Part shown: one piece after another, positions 17,082 through 25,978 of the stretch
Layout: each line of letters begins with the position of its first letter
Numbering within the stretch: the stretch's first letter is position 1
Assembly: GCA_964603505.1 (NCBI GenBank)
Contig: CAZRVT010000007.1
Coordinates: 2,320-66,319, forward strand
Direction of reading: 5' to 3'
Length of the DNA: 64,000 bases
Source of the DNA: an uncultured Holophagales bacterium
Lineage (GTDB): Bacteria; Acidobacteriota; Thermoanaerobaculia; UBA2201
The notes under the pieces: generated by a model
Databases searched by the model: none
What the model was told of the DNA's origin: nothing
Seen by the model: only the letters and a program-made list of their open reading frames with translations
Made by a program: the position numbers and the translations under genes

Positions 17082-17801
17082 ATGCGCCTATCGCTCATCG
17101 CCCGAGTGCCCTGCACCGCCTCCACCAACTCCCTCCTGGCCCAACTCCTGGCGGAAGGAGGGGAACTCGGGGGCGGCCTCCCCACGGCTCTCCTCTTCGC
17201 CGACGAGCAAAGCGCCGGCCGGGGCCGCGGCGGCAACGTCTGGGCCTCGCCCCGCGGAGGCCTATATTTCTCCGTCCTCTTCCCGGCGGATCCCCTGCCG
17301 CCCCACCTGCCTCTCACGGCGGGCATCTACCTGGCCCGCTGGCTCTCCAGGACGGCGGGATGCCGGATCGCGGTGCGGTGGCCCAACGACCTGATGCGGG
17401 GGGATCGCAAGCTGGCCGGCATCCTCGGCGAAAGCAAGGCCCCCGGCATCTGCATCCTCGGCGTCGGGGTCAACGTCAACACCGATGTCCCGGCCACGCC
17501 CGACCGCGCCCCGGTCTCCCTGCGCGAATGCCTGGGGAAAGAGATTTCCCTCGACGGCCTGCGCTCCGCAGTCGAGCACTTCGTGGGGGGGGACTTCATC
17601 CCCTTCATCCTCGACGCGGCCAACCTCCGCCTCTGGCCCGATCACTCCTATTTCGTCCCGGGGCAGGGGCTGACCTGCCGGAGCGGGGACCGCGTGGTCG
17701 AGGGAACCTACCGGGGCATCAACGCCCTGGGCCACCTCCGGGTGGAATCGGGCGGCCGGGTCCTGGAACTCGCCAGCGCGGAGGAGGTCCGGCCGACCTG
17801 A
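17082..17801 (+). CDS. birA: Biotin-[acetyl-CoA carboxylase] ligase without N-terminal HTH (start uncertain, 17067-17082)
   Basis: STNS, ADEQSAGRGRGGNVWASPRGGLYFSV, RWPNDL, RKLAGIL, GVGVNV, GINALGHL. Confidence 0.9.
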   Translation: MRLSLIARVPCTASTNSLLAQLLAEGGELGGGLPTALLFADEQSAGRGRGGNVWASPRGGLYFSVLFPADPLPPHLPLTAGIYLARWLSRTAGCRIAVRWPNDLMRGDRKLAGILGESKAPGICILGVGVNVNTDVPATPDRAPVSLRECLGKEISLDGLRSAVEHFVGGDFIPFILDAANLRLWPDHSYFVPGQGLTCRSGDRVVEGTYRGINALGHLRVESGGRVLELASAEEVRPT

Positions 17802-17877
17802 TCGTCCCCCTCAACGGATCGTGCCGGGCTTCCGTTTAGGACCGTAGACCGCACCGTCGAAAGGAGCGGCATCCTTC

Positions 17878-20616
17878 ATGCGCGATTGGGTCGTCCTGGT
17901 TCCCCTTGCCTCCTTGTTGCTGCCCGCCCCCCCGACATTCGCCTCCCACGACAGACCCGCAGACGCTCCGGGGTTCCCGGCCTCCCTCCGCCTGGTCGAA
18001 GACCTCGATCCCTCCGCTCCACCCGTGGACTTCCGGAAAACCTCCGATCTGGTGTCCTTGGGGGCGGCCGCTTATTTCCTCGGCGGGACGGGCGGCGGGA
18101 CCGGCCGCGAGACGGGATTATGGATGACCGACGGCTCGCCCGCAGGAACGCGGCTGGTGCGTTCCCTCTTGATGCCCAACGCCGATGGCGCGGCCTCCGA
18201 ACTGGTCGTCGCGGGCGAGCGGCTATTTTTCGTCGCCGGGAACGGTGGCCCCGGGGTGTATCTCTGGGTCAGCGACGGAACCGCGCAAGGCACCCGTCCC
18301 TTGGTTCCCGTCGTCGGCAGCTGGTTCGAACCGATTCGTCTCATCCCCTTGGACGACCAGGTGTTCTTCATGAACTATCCGAGCGATCCCTCCGCCGTCA
18401 CGGAGCTGTGGACGAGTGATGGAACCGAGTCGGGGACCTGTCGGCTCCGGGTGTTCAGGAATGCAGAGCGCTATTCCGTGGGCGCACTGACCGCCTGTAG
18501 GGGCAAACTCTATTTCCGCGGGTGGGACCAGGACGCAGGGGCCGAGCTTTGGACTAGCGATGGAACGACCTCCGGGACCCGAAGGGTTCGAGATATCCTT
18601 CCGGGACGCTCGGGGAGCTGCCCGACCGACCTGACCGCGTGGGGGGAACGGCTCTGCTTCAGCGCCATGGCGCGCAACGATGGGCTCTACGAATTGTGGG
18701 TCAGCGACGGCACGGAAGCCGGGACGGCGAGGATCCCCGACACGCCGGTGATGCAAAACGGCGATGTCCCGATCTTCGTGGGGGGGGGGTTCCTTTATTT
18801 CTGGGCCTACACGGCCGAACGGATTTACGGCTTCTGGCGGACCGACGGCCGCGCGGGCGGGACGGTATTCCTGAAGGCGATCGAAGTGCCGGGTGGGGAT
18901 CCCGGATACTGGGCCGAGCTCGCCTCGAACATCATCCTGTTCAACGGCTATGACTCGACACGAGGATACGAGTTATGGCGCTCGGACGGCACGCCGGAAG
19001 GGACCAGGCCGGTGGCGGATCTTCTTCCGGGGGCGGGTTCATCGTTTCCCTACGACCTGACCTCTCTGAACGGCCGGGTGTATTTCAGCGCCAGGGGGGC
19101 CTGGACGGGGATCGGTCTGTGGGGCACCGACGGGACGGAGGAGGGCACGGTCCGGCTCGGCGATCCCCCGCACCACCCGCAGAACCCCGAACAAATCCAG
19201 ACGTGGAGCGGCCGGCTCTGGTTCTTGGCCCTGCACAGCGCCTTCGGTGTTGAATTGTGGACCAGCGACGGCACCGACGCGGGGACCCGCCTCTTCGCCA
19301 ACCTCGCTGCGGACGCCGGCTCCTCCGTCATTGTATCCATGATCCCCTGGGGGCCCGGCGGAGCGATGCTGGAGACGGCGCGAACGGAGACGCTCCCTCA
19401 CCGGTTTTGGACCACCGACGGAACCGCGGAGGCGACCGTCCCGTTTTTCGAACTCGATCCCGAGGTGAGCTGGCGTATTTCAACCGATTTTTCTTCGACC
19501 AACGGTGTCGCCTTGTTCACTCTTCAGACCGTGGAGCTGGGGAACGAACTGTGGCGCACCGACGGCACCCCGGCCGGAACACGAGTGGTGTTGGACATCG
19601 TTTCCGGCCCCGCCGATTCCGTGGACTGGTCCTCCGTTCAAGGGGCGTTCCTGGAAACCGATTACTACTTTTCCGCCAGCGACGGCGTCCACGGTCTCGA
19701 GCCTTGGCGCACCGACGGCACCGCGACCGGCACCCGCATGGCGGCCGACGTCTGCACCGGCCCCCAGGAGAACAATCCCACCGCTTCCTCGTGGCCGGGC
19801 GGGTTCATCGCGGGAGGGGGCCGGGTTTTCTTCACCGCCCGGGGCGACGACGGGGACGCAGGGTGGTACGCCACGGACGGCACGGCCCCCGGCACGCGGC
19901 GGCTGGCCTCGTTCCTCGTGCCGTCGGACCGGATTGACATTCAGCCCCTCGCCGTCACCGGCGAAAAGGCCTTCCTGTTCACCCACGCGGAATGGAGCCC
20001 CTTTTGGGAGCTGTGGCGGAGCGACGGCACGCCCCAGGGAACCGAGCCCGTGGCTTTCCTCTATGTCTCCGCTTACCCCTACTGGGCCCCGGGCCCTCTG
20101 TTCGCCTTTCAAGAGCGGGTTTACTTCCAAGCCGCTCCGTATGATGGGGCCGAGCTGTGGGTCAGCGACGGTACGCCCCAGGGAACGGGCCTGCTGAAGG
20201 ACATCCGCGCCGGCGAGGGAGATTCTTCCCCCGCCGATTTCGCTGCGATGGGGGACCGCTTCTATTTCCGCGCCGACGACGGCGTCCACGGCGCGGAGCT
20301 TTGGACGAGCGATGGAACCGAGGCCGGGACCTATATGCTCGCGGACCTCTGTCCCGGCCTCTGCTCCGGCTATCCGATGGGGATGGCCTCTGACGTGGAG
20401 CGGATCCTCTTCGCCGCCACCGACGGGGTGCATGGGCACGAACTTTGGGTGACCGATGGAACGGCGGAGGGAACGGTGATGGTGGCGGACCTCCGGGGCG
20501 GTCCCGGATCCTCCTCCCCGGAGCGGATCACCCCCTCATGGCCGGCGATCTATTTCACCGCGGACGATGGCCGGACCGGGCGGGAACTCTGGCGCTGGGA
20601 CCCGGTCGCCGAATAG
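17878..20616 (+). CDS. ELWxxDGT-repeat exported beta-propeller protein
   Basis: About 17-18 copies of (E/G)LWx(S/T)DGT; signal-like N-terminus; more A/T-ending codons than neighbouring genes. Confidence 0.9.
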   Translation: MRDWVVLVPLASLLLPAPPTFASHDRPADAPGFPASLRLVEDLDPSAPPVDFRKTSDLVSLGAAAYFLGGTGGGTGRETGLWMTDGSPAGTRLVRSLLMPNADGAASELVVAGERLFFVAGNGGPGVYLWVSDGTAQGTRPLVPVVGSWFEPIRLIPLDDQVFFMNYPSDPSAVTELWTSDGTESGTCRLRVFRNAERYSVGALTACRGKLYFRGWDQDAGAELWTSDGTTSGTRRVRDILPGRSGSCPTDLTAWGERLCFSAMARNDGLYELWVSDGTEAGTARIPDTPVMQNGDVPIFVGGGFLYFWAYTAERIYGFWRTDGRAGGTVFLKAIEVPGGDPGYWAELASNIILFNGYDSTRGYELWRSDGTPEGTRPVADLLPGAGSSFPYDLTSLNGRVYFSARGAWTGIGLWGTDGTEEGTVRLGDPPHHPQNPEQIQTWSGRLWFLALHSAFGVELWTSDGTDAGTRLFANLAADAGSSVIVSMIPWGPGGAMLETARTETLPHRFWTTDGTAEATVPFFELDPEVSWRISTDFSSTNGVALFTLQTVELGNELWRTDGTPAGTRVVLDIVSGPADSVDWSSVQGAFLETDYYFSASDGVHGLEPWRTDGTATGTRMAADVCTGPQENNPTASSWPGGFIAGGGRVFFTARGDDGDAGWYATDGTAPGTRRLASFLVPSDRIDIQPLAVTGEKAFLFTHAEWSPFWELWRSDGTPQGTEPVAFLYVSAYPYWAPGPLFAFQERVYFQAAPYDGAELWVSDGTPQGTGLLKDIRAGEGDSSPADFAAMGDRFYFRADDGVHGAELWTSDGTEAGTYMLADLCPGLCSGYPMGMASDVERILFAATDGVHGHELWVTDGTAEGTVMVADLRGGPGSSSPERITPSWPAIYFTADDGRTGRELWRWDPVAE

Positions 20617-20670
20617 AATCCATGGGGGCGGGCCCGGGGCCCGCTCGATCCATCCCCTGCAGCGCCCCCC

Positions 20671-21744
20671 TTACTTGTACTTGATACAGAAGATGCGATA
20701 GGGCTCCTCCGGCTTCGGGGCAAGGTGGAGTTGCGATGTGGTAACGAAGAGGAGACCCTCGGGGCTGAGGGCGATGCTGTCTGGCCACTTCAGGACCGGG
20801 TCCTGCGCAAGGACGGAGAGGTTCCCCTTCGGGTCCACGCGGGTGACGGCGTTCTTTTCGATGGAGGCCAGGTAGAGGTTCCCCTCGGCGTCGGCCGCCA
20901 AGCCGCCGGAGGGGCCCGGCTCGGCGACCTTCTCCACGGCGGCCCCGATGCGGTCGTCGGGGACGAGGGGGTCGCGGAGCAGCCGCGTGGGGACCCGGTA
21001 GAGGGTCCGCCCCGCAAGGGCCTGATAATAGAGCCAGTCCCCCTTGGGAGCCAGGGCGACGGCGTCGGCATGCACCCGCTTCTTGAACTCCCGCCCCTCC
21101 ACGGTCACGACGGTCTCCTCGGCGCGGGTCGAGGGGTGCCCCTCGAGGACCCGCCAGGCGGCCCCCTCCTTCAGGTCCGCCACCAGGATCGCGCCGAGGC
21201 CCGAATCGGTGATGTAGGCGAGCCGCCTCTTCGTGTCGATGCGGACATCGTTCAGGTAGCTGTCGCGGGGGGCGGCGGTCGCGTCGAAGAGGATTTTAAG
21301 GGAGACCCGATTGGTCTTGAGGTCCACGCGGACCAGCTTCGCCCCGCCGGGCACCACCCCTTGGAACTCCGGGTTGGCCGCGTCGAGGACCCACAGCCCC
21401 CCGGCGTCGTCCGCCACGACGCTCTGGACGCAGATGAAATGGTCGGTGGGCGGGAGTCCCGGTTCCCAGCGGTTCCAATCGGCGTCCGGATAGGGCGTGG
21501 TCGCTCCGGACATCGCCACCTCCACCAGGGAGGGGCCGGCGGCGGACCCGCGGGGAAAGGAAGCGAAGAGCCGCCCGTCCGGAGCGATGGCGACGCCGGT
21601 CCATTGCCGATCGGAGCGGGCCACCTCTCGCAGGGACGCGGCCGCCTGGGGGGGCGGCGCGGGGCACAGCACCCCCGGGAGGATGCAGACGAGGATCAGC
21701 GCCATCGCCGCCGACGGGCACGGGAGGGCCTGCCGTGGTTCCAT
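20671..21744 (-). CDS. Yellow/major royal jelly protein (L-dopachrome tautomerase-related) family protein
   Basis: QWTGVAIAPDGRLFASFPR, FICVQSVVADD, LWVLD, SYLNDVRID, AYITDSG, LKWPDS; GGAGG RBS. Confidence 0.88.
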   Translation of the reverse strand: MEPRQALPCPSAAMALILVCILPGVLCPAPPPQAAASLREVARSDRQWTGVAIAPDGRLFASFPRGSAAGPSLVEVAMSGATTPYPDADWNRWEPGLPPTDHFICVQSVVADDAGGLWVLDAANPEFQGVVPGGAKLVRVDLKTNRVSLKILFDATAAPRDSYLNDVRIDTKRRLAYITDSGLGAILVADLKEGAAWRVLEGHPSTRAEETVVTVEGREFKKRVHADAVALAPKGDWLYYQALAGRTLYRVPTRLLRDPLVPDDRIGAAVEKVAEPGPSGGLAADAEGNLYLASIEKNAVTRVDPKGNLSVLAQDPVLKWPDSIALSPEGLLFVTTSQLHLAPKPEEPYRIFCIKYK

Positions 21745-22030
21745 GCGATCACCTCCTGGAGATTCTACGATCTATTGTAGCGCAGACCGGCTCCCACTTC
21801 TGGTCCTCTTCCCGGCAACCGAGTGGAGGCCGGACGCAACCCCGGTGCCCCCCATTCAAGGTCGGGACGACGCGGAATCTCCGAAAATGGGCCGATTTCG
21901 GCCCTCCCGGCCCCCTCGGCAACCCGGCATGCCGCTTGCTTGCGAGGGGAAATGGATCCGCCGGATGAATGAGAAGAGAGGGGGCCTCCTCCTGCCCTAC
22001 GGATCGTCCTTGAAATGATGGGAATCGAAA

Positions 22031-22060
22031 CCCGCCGGTCGACACCCCGCGGCCGGCGGG
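22031..22060 (-). terminator. Probable terminator of the AlkP-TPR gene cluster
   Basis: CCCGCCGGTC..GGCCGGCGGG stem; followed by TTTCGATT on the minus strand. Confidence 0.5.
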
Positions 22061-22062
22061 AT

Positions 22063-22085
22063 GCCCCGCTCCGGCGGGGCTTTTT
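22063..22085 (+). terminator. Intrinsic terminator on the + strand
   Basis: GCCCCGC-TCCG-GCGGGGC-TTTTT. Confidence 0.75.
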
Positions 22086-24817
22086 CATCGGCGCTCGCGG
22101 GCCCGCAACGCTTCGAGTTTCCGCCTCGCCTCGGCGTTCGAGGGCTCCGCGGCCAAGAGCGCATCAAGGACGGCGCGCGCTTCCGCCGTTCGGCCGAGGC
22201 GCTGGTAGGCGTCCGCCAGCGCCAGGTGGAGTTTGGCCCCCTGCAGGCCGCGGTCGCGGGCCTGGAGGAAGAGTTTCAGCGCCTCGCCGGCCCGGCCCGC
22301 CTCCAACAGCGCCGCGCCGTAGTTGAACCGCAGCTGAGCGTTGTCGGGCTGGGAGCGGAGCGCCTGTTCGAACACCGCCCTCGCCTCAGCGTCCCGACCC
22401 TGTGTTTGGAGCGCCACCGCCAGGTTGGCCAGGACGCCGCCGTTGTCGGGGTCGGAGGCCAGCACCTGCCGGAAGATCTCCTCGGCGATGCGGCCCAGGC
22501 CGTGGCGCAGGCAAACGATGCCCAGGGTGTTCATGGTTTGGATGGAGCCGCGGGAGGCGTCCCAGGTCTCCTTCAGCAACCGGGAGATGGCCTCCAGGTC
22601 GCGGCGGGCCGCCAGGCGCTTGAGGATCTCCTCCGCGGCCGCCGCGTTCGAGGGATCCAGTGCCCGGGCCCGTTCGAACCGGCGCATCGCCCCGTCCTCG
22701 TCCCCCTTCGCCGCGAGGAGCATCCCCTCGGCGACGGGCAGGAGGGGCTCCCCCTGCCAGGCTGGCCCCACCGCCGCCAGGACCGCAAGGGCTTCGTCCT
22801 CGGCCCCGATGCGGACGGCCTCCGCGGCCAGTTGGGTGAGCGTCTTCTCCGGCGGCCGGTCGGCCCCCCGGAGGGCCCGTTTGAGCCACGCGTAGGCCTC
22901 CCGGTGGTCGCCCCGCAGACCGTAGCACTGGGCCAGCGAATAGAGGCCGAGGGCGAAGTCGGGGCGGAGGTCGACGGCTCGGCGGTACTGCGCCATGGCC
23001 CCCTCCAGATCGCCGCGTTGGTAGAGGGTGTTCGCGAGGTTGTAGGCCTTGGAGAAGTCGTCGGCGGCGACCGTTTCTGTCGGCGCCCCGGGCCCTTGCG
23101 CGCGGCCGGCCGTCTGCGCGGCGCCGCCGATGTACCCGAGGGCCTGCAGTTCCTTCATCCGCTCCTCATCCAGCGCCACGGGCGCCGGGTCGCGCAGGGG
23201 CGGGGGGAGGAACTCGTAGGTGTCCACCCGGGGGCCCTCCGAACCGAAGGTGAAGGCCTCGGCCAGCGCCCGCCCCTTCATCTCCCGGGAAGCGGGGACG
23301 CCGAGGCAATGGAACAGGGTGGGGATCAGGTCGTAAATGGTGGCGTTTTCCACCTTCCCGGGCCGGACGCCCGGGCCCGCGATGACGAGGACGCCCGTCA
23401 GGCGGTGCCAGTCGGGGGCGCCGGTGCCGAAATCGTCGGGCCGCGAGGAGGGGCGCGCCTCGCCGGTGAAGAAGCCGTGGTCCGAAGCGATGATCCAGAC
23501 GGCGTCCCGAGGCCCTTCGCGCATCATGGCGCCGAGTTCCGCGTCCATCCATCGGTAAAACCGGGGGAGTGTATCGTGAAAGGCCCGGAAGTCCTCCTCG
23601 GACACCCGCGGCCGGCGGGGCGGGAGGAATTCGGCGAACCGGTGGGCCGCCGTGTCGGTCCCCTCGATGTAGTAAGCGAGCACGTCGAAGGGCTCCTTCA
23701 GGAGGACGCGGGTGGTGTTGAGGACGGAATGGGTGGAGGCGAGGATCTTGCGGAGGTGGTTGACGCGATCCCCGTGGAGGTCGCCCGACCGCACCCCCGC
23801 CTCCCACCGCCGCTCCAGCGCCCCACGATCCAGGTCCACGAACCGCCCCACCTCGTCGAAGGGGACCTGCTCGGCGCGCACCATCGCCGGGGCGAGTCGG
23901 GCCTCCGCGTCGGGGGGGTAGGTGTTGCCCGGGACGAGCTTCGGGGGTTCGATGCCGAACAGACTGAAGAAGAGGCGCTCCGTGACCATGGTGCCCCGAA
24001 TCCGCTCGGCCGGAAACGTGGCCCACCACCCCACCACGCTGGTCCGCAGCCGGAAGGCGGAGAGGATGTTCCAGAAGGCCTGCACCTTCCGGTAGTGGGA
24101 GGTGATGGGGGCGTCCTTTCCGGTGGCCGGGTCTCGGACGATGAAGTCCAGGACGCCGTGCTGATCGGGAGGGCGCGAGGTGGCGATGGAGGTCCAGAGC
24201 AGGGGGGAGAGGAGGGGCTTGGCGGAGGCCAGGTCGGCCCAGGCGCCCTCGCGCTTGAGACGGGCGAAGGTGGGCATCCTCCCCTCGCCGATGAGGCGGT
24301 CCACGAGGATCCAGTCCAAGGCGTCCAAGCCGCAGAACACCACCCTCCGTCCCGTGGGGCGGTAGGCGGCCCTCACCGCCTCGGGGAGTTCCCCCTCGAT
24401 GTCGGTGCTCAGCGACAGCACGCGCAGCGGCAGGGAAGCCAGCCGCTCCTCCAACGCCCGCCGCAGACCGCCGTCCGCCGGGTACTCCGTCAGCGCGGTC
24501 AAGGCCTCGCGCGGGGCCTCCGGCGGCACGGGGTTGCGGGCGAGCCGCTCGGGGTCCCAGGCCACCTCCGCCCGCACCTCCCCCTCTTTGCGCGCCCCCT
24601 CGCGGGTGAGCAGGGAGAGCCGGACCGAGACGGCGGCCCGCTCGGGGTAGACCCGGGTCCGGCTCCAGGGGGCCTTGGCATGCCATCCGGGGTCCAGGAC
24701 GCGCCCCCCCGCGACGGCGAACGCCCCCTCGGGGACCCGCGCCACGGAGAGCCAGCCGGCCGCCAGGAGCGCGGCCGCCGCTGCCGGGACGAGCCATCTC
24801 TTCATGTCGGGAGCCAT
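22085..24817 (-). CDS. Membrane-anchored alkaline-phosphatase-superfamily (NPP/phosphodiesterase-like) protein with C-terminal TPRs (start 24817 or 24805)
   Basis: CGLDALDW, LLSPLLWTSIATS, DQHGVLDF, GTDTAAHRF, IIASDHGF, WHRLTGVL, EERMKELQALGYIGG, then many TPRs. Confidence 0.88.
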   Translation of the reverse strand: MAPDMKRWLVPAAAAALLAAGWLSVARVPEGAFAVAGGRVLDPGWHAKAPWSRTRVYPERAAVSVRLSLLTREGARKEGEVRAEVAWDPERLARNPVPPEAPREALTALTEYPADGGLRRALEERLASLPLRVLSLSTDIEGELPEAVRAAYRPTGRRVVFCGLDALDWILVDRLIGEGRMPTFARLKREGAWADLASAKPLLSPLLWTSIATSRPPDQHGVLDFIVRDPATGKDAPITSHYRKVQAFWNILSAFRLRTSVVGWWATFPAERIRGTMVTERLFFSLFGIEPPKLVPGNTYPPDAEARLAPAMVRAEQVPFDEVGRFVDLDRGALERRWEAGVRSGDLHGDRVNHLRKILASTHSVLNTTRVLLKEPFDVLAYYIEGTDTAAHRFAEFLPPRRPRVSEEDFRAFHDTLPRFYRWMDAELGAMMREGPRDAVWIIASDHGFFTGEARPSSRPDDFGTGAPDWHRLTGVLVIAGPGVRPGKVENATIYDLIPTLFHCLGVPASREMKGRALAEAFTFGSEGPRVDTYEFLPPPLRDPAPVALDEERMKELQALGYIGGAAQTAGRAQGPGAPTETVAADDFSKAYNLANTLYQRGDLEGAMAQYRRAVDLRPDFALGLYSLAQCYGLRGDHREAYAWLKRALRGADRPPEKTLTQLAAEAVRIGAEDEALAVLAAVGPAWQGEPLLPVAEGMLLAAKGDEDGAMRRFERARALDPSNAAAAEEILKRLAARRDLEAISRLLKETWDASRGSIQTMNTLGIVCLRHGLGRIAEEIFRQVLASDPDNGGVLANLAVALQTQGRDAEARAVFEQALRSQPDNAQLRFNYGAALLEAGRAGEALKLFLQARDRGLQGAKLHLALADAYQRLGRTAEARAVLDALLAAEPSNAEARRKLEALRARERR

Positions 24818-24836
24818 CCCCGCACGGGGACGGGGG

Positions 24837-25898
24837 TTATCGCTCGGGGGCCGCCGCGCCGGCGGGGGCCTCCGGCTCCGCGGGGGCGGCCGCCGGGGGT
24901 CTGAAAAGATTCAGGAGGTCGAGGGGGAAGTAGGAGATCCCGTTGTAGAAGAGGGTCGGCGTGTGAACCACGCCGAGGTCCACGGCCATCTGCATGGCGG
25001 CGAGGACCGCGTTGATGTTGCCCTCCTTCATGTAGCAGGCCAGAAAGGGCTCCTCCAGCCCCTTCATCTCGGCGAACCCGTAGTTGGTAAGGTCCACCGT
25101 GGCGAACTCGACGTCCTTCCGCAGGGAGTAGAAGTAGTCCATGAACTCGAAGTACAGGCCGTTGCCGCGCTCCAGGTAGCACAGGGACGCGGCGGCCGCC
25201 TTGAACGCCAGGGGGTGCCCCTGCGTGAGGGGAAACTGGAAGAACCCGGCGCGGACGTCGGACCGGGCCTTGAGCAGGGGGAGCAGCTCCTGTTCGAGTT
25301 TGGCGCAGTGGGGGCACTCCAGGTCCAGGAACACCGCCAGCGTGTTGGGCGCGTCCGCGGGGCCGACCACGCCCCCGCGCTGCCACTGGATCCCCCGGAT
25401 CCGCTCGGCCACGGGGTCGGCGTCGAGGGCGTAGGCCTTCCCCATGATGAAGTGGAAACGGCCCACGAGCCAGGCGGAGAGGAGGACCTTTCCATAGCCC
25501 GTCTCCTGAAGGACGCTGAGGGCGGCGGGATCGCTCTTCGGTTCGGTCTGCACCACCTTGACCGCCGAGCCCATGGCGGTGGAGAGGAACTCGGCCACCA
25601 AGGCGGGATCGATGGTCCGGTCCTTGAACCGGCCGAGGTTGAAATAGTCCCCGACCAGGATCCGCTTCTGGGAGGGCTGGAAGATGAGGGTCCGCTGGTC
25701 CGTGGTCTTGCCGTCCGCCCCGGTGCGCTTGGCAAGGTAGACGACAAACCCGGTCCCGGACTCCTTGGTTTCCAGCGCGAGCGTCCCGGGGCGGCGGTCC
25801 ATGACCTTCTCCATCAGCTGGAGGATGCGGCCCTCCTGGGGGTCGGCGGCGAAAACGGCGGCCGCGAGGGCGAGCAACAGGACGGCAAAGCGCTTCAT
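24837..25898 (-). CDS. Exported DsbA/thioredoxin-fold protein
   Basis: Signal peptide; GPADAPNTLAVFLDLECPHC, FFQFPL, LGVVHTPTLFYNG. Confidence 0.88.
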   Translation of the reverse strand: MKRFAVLLLALAAAVFAADPQEGRILQLMEKVMDRRPGTLALETKESGTGFVVYLAKRTGADGKTTDQRTLIFQPSQKRILVGDYFNLGRFKDRTIDPALVAEFLSTAMGSAVKVVQTEPKSDPAALSVLQETGYGKVLLSAWLVGRFHFIMGKAYALDADPVAERIRGIQWQRGGVVGPADAPNTLAVFLDLECPHCAKLEQELLPLLKARSDVRAGFFQFPLTQGHPLAFKAAAASLCYLERGNGLYFEFMDYFYSLRKDVEFATVDLTNYGFAEMKGLEEPFLACYMKEGNINAVLAAMQMAVDLGVVHTPTLFYNGISYFPLDLLNLFRPPAAAPAEPEAPAGAAAPER

Positions 25899-25978
25899 GG
25901 CGGGGTCTCCTTCGTGCGGGGGGGGTCGTAGCAGGGCATTTTATCACACCGCGCCGGCGGTCCCAGCGAACCGGGGAA

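Larger units (their letters stand above)
21785..22085 (+). ncRNA. Candidate structured non-coding RNA of unassigned family
   Basis: 340-bp intergenic region with no credible ORF, several stems (CCCATTCAAGG/CCTTGAAATGATGGG, GGGCCGA/TCGGCCC, CCCCTCG/CGAGGGG), a -10-like TATTGT at 21773 and a + strand terminator with no + strand gene to serve. Boundaries are approximate. Confidence 0.4.

Noticed and set aside
17878-20616. Periodic DNA similarity as a CRISPR array or tandem repeat
   Set aside because: The periodicity is the protein-level ELWxxDGT repeat within one open frame; there are no identical repeats with unique spacers.
21785-22085. Assignment of the intergenic structure to tRNA, tmRNA, RNase P, SRP, SAM-I, c-di-GMP-I or cobalamin riboswitch
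   Set aside because: Only scattered short matches (for example GGGAAG and CCACT on the minus strand, GGACGCAA on the plus strand). Required core motifs and their order are missing, so it is kept as an unassigned candidate.
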